A stretch of DNA of 55,608 nucleotides. It comes from Desulfobacterales bacterium. Lineage in GTDB: Bacteria > Desulfobacterota > Desulfobacteria > Desulfobacterales > 4572-123. The stretch is taken from contig JAOZSJ010000005.1 in assembly GCA_029939715.1 (NCBI GenBank), positions 7,450-63,057 of the forward strand, given 5' to 3'. This document shows positions 48,156-55,608 of this stretch, piece by piece (positions within the stretch are counted from its first letter, which is position 1; each line of letters begins with the position of its first letter). A program made the position numbers and the translations under genes. Under the pieces are notes generated by a model. It was not told the origin of the DNA. It was given only the letters and a program-made list of their open reading frames with translations, and did no database searches.

Positions 48156-49520
48156 CTATTTCTTTTTACTTGCCATAATCAGGCCCTTGCCAGTGCGGAT
48201 CAACTGGACCAGGGGAATGCCGGCCGGGCAGTTATATGCGCATGAACCGCATTCAAAACAGGCCATGATGTTATACTGCTGGGCCAGGTCGATATCCTTG
48301 TTGCGGGATGCCAGAGCTATTTTGGTGGGAACCAGGTTCATTGGGCACCCATCCACACACCGGCCGCATCGCACACATGAGGTTTCTTCGGATTTTGCCA
48401 CATCCTCCCGGGTCAGCACCGTTATACCGCTTGTTCCCTTGGTTACAGGCGCGTCAAAATTGGTAAAGGCAAAACCCATCATGGGACCGCCGGAGATTAC
48501 ACGGGCGGCGTTTTCCCTGAATCCTCCGCAATAATCAAAAAGTTCCCGGATAGGTGTTCCCACGGCGACCAGGAGATTCTTCGGGTTCAGGATGCCGCCG
48601 CCGGTGATGCTGACGGCCCGGTGAGTTAACGGTTTGCCTCTCAAAACGGCACGGGCCACAGCGGCAATCGTTCCGACATTGCTCACGGCCACCCCCACAT
48701 TCATGGGCAGACCGCCCAGCGGTACTGCCCGTTTGGTCACAGCCATAATCAACTGCTTCTCACTGCCCTGGGGGTATTTTGTTTTTAAAACTGCTATTTT
48801 GATGCCGGTGCCGTCCGCAGCCTTTTGCAGCACATTGATGGCCCGGGGTTTATTATCTTCAATGCAAATGGCGATATTTTTGGCGCCGACAGCACGGGCA
48901 CCCAGAAGGGCACCTGTGATAATAGGGCCTGCCGCCTCTATCATCATTCGATAATCACACGTTAAAAACGGTTCACATTCACAGCCGTTGATTAAAAAAG
49001 TATCAATATCGGCCTTGTCATTGCTCATAAGTTTGACATGGGTTGGAAAAGCCGCTCCACCCAGCCCGACAATGCCGGCATCATGAATGGCATTTGAAAT
49101 CTGCTGGGGGTCATATTTTTCCAGCCCCTTGGTAGGCCATTTACCGCCGAATATCTCCTCTAAAAGCTCATCACCCTCAAGCTGTTCACCGTCCGACTTA
49201 ATGGCAATCGCTTCCACACGACGCCCCTGCGGCAGTGTCGTTACGACATTTCTCTGGATTTTTCCGGCAATCGGGGCATGCAACGCCGCAGAAACAAATC
49301 CACCGCCCTTGGCAACCATCTCTCCGAAAGCAACCGACTGTTTTGGTTTGACGATTGATTGGCAAGGGGCTCCCACATGCTGAGATAGCGGCAAAAGTAC
49401 CTTTGAAGGCTGGGGGACGACTTCAATCGCCATCTCGGTGGAAAACATCTTGTTTTCCGGTGGGTGAACACCATGGGCAAAAGTACCGCTGCCTTCAAAT
49501 CCATCTATGGTTAAAGCCAT
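48156..49520 (-). CDS. rnfC: Rnf complex subunit C
   Basis: QHVGAP, GIVGLGGA.FPT, NGCECEP, YPQGSEK, GGPMMG, two CxxCxxCxxxCP. Confidence 0.96.
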   Translation of the reverse strand: MALTIDGFEGSGTFAHGVHPPENKMFSTEMAIEVVPQPSKVLLPLSQHVGAPCQSIVKPKQSVAFGEMVAKGGGFVSAALHAPIAGKIQRNVVTTLPQGRRVEAIAIKSDGEQLEGDELLEEIFGGKWPTKGLEKYDPQQISNAIHDAGIVGLGGAAFPTHVKLMSNDKADIDTFLINGCECEPFLTCDYRMMIEAAGPIITGALLGARAVGAKNIAICIEDNKPRAINVLQKAADGTGIKIAVLKTKYPQGSEKQLIMAVTKRAVPLGGLPMNVGVAVSNVGTIAAVARAVLRGKPLTHRAVSITGGGILNPKNLLVAVGTPIRELFDYCGGFRENAARVISGGPMMGFAFTNFDAPVTKGTSGITVLTREDVAKSEETSCVRCGRCVDGCPMNLVPTKIALASRNKDIDLAQQYNIMACFECGSCAYNCPAGIPLVQLIRTGKGLIMASKKK

Positions 49521-49798
49521 TTAACCTCCTTGACTGGCTTGACAAAAACTCAAATATGTTACCGTACTGAAAACAATTTTCAAATTTTTGTGTTTATATA
49601 AAACACCGAGACATGTCAAGAAAGATTATTGTTTTATTCTCATATTTTTCACCTCATTTAACTTCCTGAAAACCATTGATTTGCCGTATGAAAAAGCACT
49701 GCCCCTTGATGCCTTCCTAAAAAACCGGATCCAGACGGTATCCCTGATTGCATCCGGCGAATGCATACACGGCATAATCGCTTTTATCCAGGTTATTT

Positions 49799-51322
49799 CT
49801 ATCTATATTGCCGGTAATCAACACCACATTTTTGCGCCTTATAGGAAAATTTTCGCACGGTTGTTTTCAAGATTTGCGCAGCTTCAGTGATGTTGCCGCG
49901 CGTATTTTTCAAAGCATCAATAATCATATCCCTTTCCAGTTTGACAACCGCATCCTCAAGGGAGAATCCGGGCAATGTGTCCGACTCGGTACCGGTCTGC
50001 AGTGTGGGAGGCAGATGATAGCTGTGAATCACGCCCTCTTCGCATAATAATACGGCCCTTTCGATACAATTTTCCAGCTCCCTGACGTTTCCGGGCCAAT
50101 GGTAATCCATAAGCATATCAATGGCAGGTGTTGAAAAACGACGGGCCTCCTTGCGATTTTCCACGGCATATTTTTCCAGAAAATAGTCTGCCAGCAGCAA
50201 AATGTCGGTTTTGTGTTCCCTGAGCGGCGGCATGTAAATAGGAAAAACGTTCAAACGATAGTAAAGATCGCCCCTGAATGTTTCATCTTCCACTGCCTGT
50301 TCCAGGTTTTTATTGGTGGCCGCGATAATGCGGACATCTGTTTTAATGGTGGCCAGACCGCCGACCCGCTCAAATTCTTTCTCCTGGAGCACCCGCAAAA
50401 GATTGACCTGAACATCCAGTCCGATGGAGCCGATCTCATCGAGAAAAATGGTTCCCTTGTCGGCCTGTTCGAATTTCCCCGCCTTTTGTCTGATGGCACC
50501 GGTAAACGCGCCTTTCTCATGTCCGAAAAGCTCGCTTTCAATCAGATTGGCCGGCAGAGCCGCACAATTTATCTTCACAAAAGGCTTTTTGGCCCGAAGG
50601 CTGTTGTAATGGATCGAGTTGGCAGCCAGTTCCTTGCCGGTACCGCTTTCCCCGCGAATCAGCACCGTGGCATTGCTGCGGGAAACCTGAGAAATCATCT
50701 GAAAAACTTCTCGCATCTTGTTGCTGTTGCCGATAATATTAGTAATGCGGTATCTTTTTTTCAGCTCTGACCGCAACCGTCTGTTTTCACGCCGCAACTG
50801 TTCCTTTTCCATGCGGATGGTCTCAAGGTTGATCACATGCCTGGCAATCATGGTTGCCACTACGGACAAAAGGGTGCGGCCGTCCTTGAGGGCGTATGCC
50901 GAATCATAGTGGCGATCGGCGCTCAGGGCGCCGATGACCCGGTTTCCCTTTTTTATCGGTACGCATATGAATGAAATATCTTCCCGGGCCAATGTCTTGC
51001 GTGATGCCATGCGATTCAGAAAAAGGGGTTCCTCGCTGATTTTCGGTATGGCCACGGCCCGACCGGTTTCAATGACCTGTCCGGTTATTCCCTCACCCAG
51101 CCTGTACTTTCCCTTTTCCATTGCGCTGCGGGAGATACCGTGGGCCACGGCTATGCTGATTTCGTTACTGAACAGATCAAGAATGGCAATGGTGCCGCGC
51201 TCCATATTCATGGAACTGGAAAGGATCTCCAGAACACTGTAAAGGGATTTTTTCAAATCAAGATGTTTGTTAAGTACCTCGCTGATTTCATACAGCAGGG
51301 TGACTTCTTCTATTTTTTTCAT
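49799..51322 (-). CDS. NifA-like GAF sigma-54-dependent activator
   Basis: GAF ([15 protein letters not shown]), [25 protein letters not shown]; start MKKIEE 51322. Confidence 0.9.
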   Translation of the reverse strand: MKKIEEVTLLYEISEVLNKHLDLKKSLYSVLEILSSSMNMERGTIAILDLFSNEISIAVAHGISRSAMEKGKYRLGEGITGQVIETGRAVAIPKISEEPLFLNRMASRKTLAREDISFICVPIKKGNRVIGALSADRHYDSAYALKDGRTLLSVVATMIARHVINLETIRMEKEQLRRENRRLRSELKKRYRITNIIGNSNKMREVFQMISQVSRSNATVLIRGESGTGKELAANSIHYNSLRAKKPFVKINCAALPANLIESELFGHEKGAFTGAIRQKAGKFEQADKGTIFLDEIGSIGLDVQVNLLRVLQEKEFERVGGLATIKTDVRIIAATNKNLEQAVEDETFRGDLYYRLNVFPIYMPPLREHKTDILLLADYFLEKYAVENRKEARRFSTPAIDMLMDYHWPGNVRELENCIERAVLLCEEGVIHSYHLPPTLQTGTESDTLPGFSLEDAVVKLERDMIIDALKNTRGNITEAAQILKTTVRKFSYKAQKCGVDYRQYR

Positions 51323-51574
51323 TTTATTCCAGTCCCGTGCAAATATGCGGAACATCCGGGTCAAAATTTGCCAATCATTCGGGTAATGCCCTAAACGGGA
51401 ATTGAGCCCGCTTGTGCTTTTATAACCGTTCATTTCGGAATTTGAAACAGTTATCAAAATATTGCAAGTAAAATTATCTGCTGCAAAAATCAGCACCAGC
51501 CATTTTTTCATAAAATTCTTGATTTATATTAAAAAATGTTTTAGGGACAAAAGATATGTCTTAAAAGGCGTATA

Positions 51575-51634
51575 GGTTTCGTTCCTGGGTGAATATCTGC
51601 TTGCCGGAGTGGCAGCAGCCTTAAGTACGGAACC
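51575..51634 (+). ncRNA. Structured 5' leader of cold-shock gene
   Basis: GGTTTCGT/ACGGAACC outer stem enclosing CTGCTTGCC/GGCAGCAG hairpin. Confidence 0.5.
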
Positions 51635-51664
51635 ACAGGATTTTTTAAAAAGGAGAGTGGCAGA

Positions 51665-51865
51665 ATGGCTAATGGAATTGTAAAATGGTTTAACGACAAA
51701 AAGGGGTTTGGATTTATCGAGCAGGAAGATGGACCTGACGTATTTGTTCATCATTCAGGTATCAACGCAAACGGGTTTAGGTCTCTCAACGAGGGCGATC
51801 GAGTGACGTTTGACATAGAGCAGGGTCCCAAAGGGCCTTCCGCTGCAAATGTCACTGTTGTTTAA
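51665..51865 (+). CDS. cspA: Cold-shock protein
   Basis: GIVKWFN..KGFGFI, DVFVH, GPKGP.A.NV. Confidence 0.96.
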   Translation: MANGIVKWFNDKKGFGFIEQEDGPDVFVHHSGINANGFRSLNEGDRVTFDIEQGPKGPSAANVTVV

Positions 51866-51881
51866 ACTGTTTAAAAAATTT

Positions 51882-51930
51882 AAAGGGGCGTTCCATTCTG
51901 CCGGGCATCAAATGGAATGCCCTTTTTTTT
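51882..51930 (+). terminator. Intrinsic terminator after csp
   Basis: GGGCGTTCCATT/AATGGAATGCCC stem followed by T8. Confidence 0.85.
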
Positions 51931-52044
51931 AGTAAATTTCAGAGAGAACTTAACCACCAGCAAGAGATATCGCAATCTATCCGTTTCCGGAGCAAATTGA
52001 AGGTTTCCAATTCCAATTTTCTAAATCCGGATTGACCAGGAGAA

Positions 52045-52536
52045 ATGATCATGGTTTACGATTTAATTGACACACCGCTTGGGCCGGTGGCAGTGACCGG
52101 TGACGATGAGGGCATAAGGCAGATTGCCTTTCAAGAGGGCCGGCTCCCGTTAACAATAGAAGACCACTGGCAAAGAGACCCCAGTTTTCTGCATGCGGCC
52201 CGCCGGCAGATCACAGCCTATTTTGCAGGAGAATTACAATGCTTTGATCTGGCGCTTGCTCCGGTGGGAACCGATTTCCAACAGCGGGTCTGGCGGGCGC
52301 TCAAACAAATCCCTTATGGTCAGTTAGTCAGCTACCGGGATATTGCCGTTGCTATCGGTAATCCCAGGGCTTGCCGGGCCGTCGGCGGAGCCAACGGCAA
52401 AAACCCGATTCCCATCGTCATCCCATGCCACCGTGTAATCGGCAGTCAAGGGCAGTTGGTCGGTTACGGCGAAGGGCTTGATATCAAAAAAAAGCTGATT
52501 GACCTTGAGCTTACGGGCCTAAAAAAAACAAGGTGA
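52045..52536 (+). CDS. ogt: Methylated-DNA--protein-cysteine methyltransferase
   Basis: GT.FQ..VW, IPYG, RAVG.A...NP, PCHRV active site. Confidence 0.95.
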   Translation: MIMVYDLIDTPLGPVAVTGDDEGIRQIAFQEGRLPLTIEDHWQRDPSFLHAARRQITAYFAGELQCFDLALAPVGTDFQQRVWRALKQIPYGQLVSYRDIAVAIGNPRACRAVGGANGKNPIPIVIPCHRVIGSQGQLVGYGEGLDIKKKLIDLELTGLKKTR

Positions 52537-52549
52537 AATAATTTTATTC

Positions 52550-54346
52550 TTAGTATAGCTCTTCAATTCTACTTCCGAAACGCTTGTGAACCTCCCGCCG
52601 TTTCAGTTTCAAAGTAGGAGTCAGTATTCCGTTTTCCGGTGTAAAAGCTTCGGAAAGCAGCAGAATTTTCCTGGGAATTTCGTAGGCCGCCAGGGAACGG
52701 CAGGTCTTTTGAATTTCCGATTCCATCAATTGTACCAGCTTGGGTTCATTGATCAATTGCTCCACATCATCTGTCAGACCCTGCTTCTCGGCCCAGGGAA
52801 GCACCACCAGCCAGTCCGGCACCACAATAGCCACATTAAAAGGGCGGTTGTGGCCATAAACCATGGCGTTCTCAATAAACATGCTCAACTTGATGGTTTC
52901 CTCGATAGCGGAGGGGAATACATATTTGCCGTTTTCAAGCTTATACTGCTCCTTGATGCGGCCGGTAATATGCAGATATCCCTCATCATCGACCCAGCCC
53001 AGATCCCCGGTATGCAGGCCGCCGTCCTCACGAAGTACTTGCCCGGTTGCCTCGGGCAGGTTGTGATAGCCGACCATAACATTGGGACCGTACGCGATGA
53101 TTTCACCTTCCTTGTCATCTTCAAATCCCGGTATTTTTTCAATTTTTATCGAACAGCCTGGAATCGGCCGGCCCGCAGTACCCGGTTTATTATTCTCGGT
53201 AGTGTTGACCGTGTGGGCCGGCGATAGTTCCGTCATACCCCAGGCCTCACAAACGGGAATGCCGATATCCCAGAAAAACTCGGCAATCCGCGGGCTGAGG
53301 GCCGCGCTGGAGCTCAAGGCCATTTTCATGCGCCCTCCAAATTTCGCACGTACCTTGCTGTAAACAAGCCGATCAACCAGGGCAAGCTTCATTCGGGTAA
53401 TCAAACCGGCATTGCCGCCGGCCGCACGTTTTTCCCTTGCCGCATTCTGCCCCATATCAAAAAGAAATTTCGCCAGACCGCCTTCTTTTTCCACCTTATC
53501 TTTCAATCCGGTATACACCTTGTTAAAAACCCTGGGAACCGCGATTAAAAGGGTTGGTTTGACCAGGGCCAGGTCATCCACGATGGTCTGGGGGCTTTCA
53601 GCAAATCCGGTTTGTCCGCCAAAATTGATCAGCATATGCAGTTCCGCGGTCTGTCCGAATGAATGGGCCCAGGGAAGAAATGAGAGTGTACGGTCCCCGG
53701 CGGAGATCATTTTCGGCAGAGCCATGGTAGCAGCCAGCGCGTTGCTGGCCAGATTCCAGTGGCTTAAAAGAACGCCTTTGGGATTACCGGTCGTCCCGGA
53801 AGTATAAATCAGACCGGCAATATCTTTTTTTTCCGGTTTCACCGAAGGCACCGGTTTTTTTTTGCCTATCCGTTCCAGTTCGGCCATTGAATTGTCACCC
53901 TTGCTGTCAATGACTATAATTCTTTTAAGACTTTCTATCTCATCAGGGAAATGCTTTATCTTTTCCAGTATATCGTTTCTGGCAACCAGTAAAACCTTTA
54001 CTCCGGAGTCCTTGATGATATATTTCATAATACGGGTAAGTTCCGCCTCGTACATGGGGATATATTTAGCACACAGGCCATATGTGGCGTAGGCGGCAAC
54101 AGCCCACTCATTGCAGTTATTGGCAATGATGCCGACACTGTCTCCCCTGCCCACACCGATGGCAGCCAGACCGCTGCGCATATTGTCCACGCGCTCGGCA
54201 ATCTCGCCATAGGTGACCCAGTCATATCCGGTTTTGTCGCTGTTTTTCGTCCCGAACAGATCGTTGTCCCTGAACTTTTCAACTGCCTGCTCAAAAAGAT
54301 CAACCAGGTTATCGGGGCCGTTGATTTCATTTTTCACATCTGCCAT
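52550..54346 (-). CDS. Long-chain fatty acid--CoA ligase
   Basis: IYTSGTTGNPKG, WGMTE, HTGD, GRIKEQYKLENGKY, LTPTLK; AGGAGG RBS before ATG 54346. Confidence 0.93.
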   Translation of the reverse strand: MADVKNEINGPDNLVDLFEQAVEKFRDNDLFGTKNSDKTGYDWVTYGEIAERVDNMRSGLAAIGVGRGDSVGIIANNCNEWAVAAYATYGLCAKYIPMYEAELTRIMKYIIKDSGVKVLLVARNDILEKIKHFPDEIESLKRIIVIDSKGDNSMAELERIGKKKPVPSVKPEKKDIAGLIYTSGTTGNPKGVLLSHWNLASNALAATMALPKMISAGDRTLSFLPWAHSFGQTAELHMLINFGGQTGFAESPQTIVDDLALVKPTLLIAVPRVFNKVYTGLKDKVEKEGGLAKFLFDMGQNAAREKRAAGGNAGLITRMKLALVDRLVYSKVRAKFGGRMKMALSSSAALSPRIAEFFWDIGIPVCEAWGMTELSPAHTVNTTENNKPGTAGRPIPGCSIKIEKIPGFEDDKEGEIIAYGPNVMVGYHNLPEATGQVLREDGGLHTGDLGWVDDEGYLHITGRIKEQYKLENGKYVFPSAIEETIKLSMFIENAMVYGHNRPFNVAIVVPDWLVVLPWAEKQGLTDDVEQLINEPKLVQLMESEIQKTCRSLAAYEIPRKILLLSEAFTPENGILTPTLKLKRREVHKRFGSRIEELY

Positions 54347-54402
54347 GAGTTTCCCTCCTGTGACCATTTGAATGAAAAATCAATTTTATTTTCAATAGAT
54401 GG

Positions 54403-55608
54403 TTATATTCGATCCTGTCGATCCAGAAACGATTCAAACTCAAGTTTATAGATATATAAAAGAACCATGGCCAGCCCGAAGATCAATGGGCCGTAGAGGA
54501 GTCCGATCAGGCCGAAGTAATTCAAACCGCCCAGAATCGCAAAAAAAATCAACAACGTACTCATATCGGCGCCCCCCTGCATGAAAAGCGGCCGCACCAG
54601 ATTATCGATCATGCCTACTACAATCACACACCACAGCACCATAAAAATTCCATACCCCCAATGGCCTGAAACAAACAGAAAAACAGCCGCCGGGATCCAG
54701 ATCAGGGCAGTGCCGACCATGGGAACCAGGGATGCAAACGCCATCATCATGCCCCAGAAAAACCCCGGCAGTCCGGCGATCCAGAAGGCGACTCCGCCGG
54801 CAGCCCCCTGTGCCAGTGCTGTCACCAGAGTTCCGAGCAGAGCCGATTTTGCCACGGTCTTGATCTTCAGCAATATTTTCCCCTCCTGGCTGGCACTCAG
54901 GGGAATCAGGTGTAAAACGGCATCTGTAATTTTTTTCTCATCCCGGATGAAAAAAAAGAAAGTGAAAAGCATCATGAAAAATTTACCCACAAAAGCAGAG
55001 AGATTCCCGGCCAGATTGCCGCCCTGATCAATCAGGATTTTCCCGATGGCGGCCGTCGAATTCAGCACCATCTTATCGATCTGAATATTTTCCAGTTGCA
55101 TATTTGGCAAATATTTCTGCACATCCGGCAGCCAGCGGTCAACCTGTACCAGCAAACCGGTAATCAACGGGTGCCCCATGAGTTTTTGATATTTACCAGC
55201 CTCAAACCAGTCATAGATGGCGTTAAAAGAGCTTATCCCCTGCCCGATCAGGGCGATGAGCATAAATACCAGCGGAAGAACCACCAGCAGCGTGATCAGG
55301 ATGCAGGAAAAAAAAGCGGCTGTATTTTTTCGACCGGATAATTTTTTTTCAATTTTCAAATGAATGGGACTGAAAAGGATCGCCAGGAGCGCAGCCAGGA
55401 TAATCGTATTTAGATAGGGTTTGATAATATGATAACACCCGATAAAAACAATCAGCAGGAGAAACAGCAGAAAATAATTTTTATTGACGGCAGAGCGCCC
55501 GTCTTCTTCTGCCCCCGGCAGGTGGTATCCGTCATCCATGGCCGTTTTGTTTTCATCCTGGATCTCGGATAATCCGGCATCCGGCGACAGGGGTCCGGCA
55601 TCTTTTTT
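54403..55608 (-). CDS. AI-2E family transporter (frame open to window edge, possibly 5' partial)
   Basis: Multi-TM; FFF.RD, QG, P.VG....W.P, DN..RP, GG...FG..G...GP; no stop between 55539 and 55608. Confidence 0.9.
   Translation of the reverse strand, partial: KKDAGPLSPDAGLSEIQDENKTAMDDGYHLPGAEEDGRSAVNKNYFLLFLLLIVFIGCYHIIKPYLNTIILAALLAILFSPIHLKIEKKLSGRKNTAAFFSCILITLLVVLPLVFMLIALIGQGISSFNAIYDWFEAGKYQKLMGHPLITGLLVQVDRWLPDVQKYLPNMQLENIQIDKMVLNSTAAIGKILIDQGGNLAGNLSAFVGKFFMMLFTFFFFIRDEKKITDAVLHLIPLSASQEGKILLKIKTVAKSALLGTLVTALAQGAAGGVAFWIAGLPGFFWGMMMAFASLVPMVGTALIWIPAAVFLFVSGHWGYGIFMVLWCVIVVGMIDNLVRPLFMQGGADMSTLLIFFAILGGLNYFGLIGLLYGPLIFGLAMVLLYIYKLEFESFLDRQDRI

Noticed and set aside
49696-49715. 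Sigma-54 promoter for rnfC (minus strand GGCATCAAGGGGC)
   Set aside because: GG-GC spacing is 9 rather than the required 10 nt and TTGC is missing
1-55608. CRISPR arrays, transposases, integrases, phage or defence genes
   Set aside because: No regularly spaced repeats and no ORF with such motifs were seen

Overview
Chromosomal window from a sulfate-reducing deltaproteobacterium, most likely Desulfobacterales. This is inferred from gene content and order: split atp F0 cluster, rpsF-rpsR-DUF2232-rplI-dnaB, many sigma-54 activators and an rnfCDGEAB operon. The left ~29 kb is mainly housekeeping: ppiD, mpl, hemL, tRNA-Lys(CTT), the S6/S18/L9/dnaB/hflX/suhB cluster, a divergent orphan dnaA paralogue facing uvrA across an ~800 bp AT-rich gap, atpZ/I/B/E, pyrK, pgeF, rfaE2, comF, rlmB, gmk, DUF370, yicC, DUF4416 and Trm112. 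The right ~27 kb is metabolic/accessory: a 1427-aa CoA-activase fusion, a DUF6951-ACT-acyl-CoA ligase operon, USP, a PAS-sigma54 activator facing a DUF4242 gene, dodecin, an SH3-AMIN protein, acyl-CoA dehydrogenase, a URO-D-family protein, Rnf with a NifA-like regulator, csp, ogt, a long-chain acyl-CoA ligase and an AI-2E transporter. No CRISPR, transposase, integrase or phage genes were seen. Items missing from the ORF track that I found by reading the sequence: a truncated KKAAPA-repeat basic protein, a Trm112 gene, a probable CTG start for pgeF, an ornithine-cyclodeaminase pseudogene, the S6:S18 leader, a perfect sigma-54 promoter before a degenerate PilZ-like gene, a palindromic enhancer array before the DUF4242 gene, and structured RNAs before dnaB and csp. 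No single clearly novel system is proven. The best leads are the dnaA paralogue, the two sigma-54 modules and the CoA-activase/DUF6951 cluster. All family calls are from motif recognition; no database searches were run.
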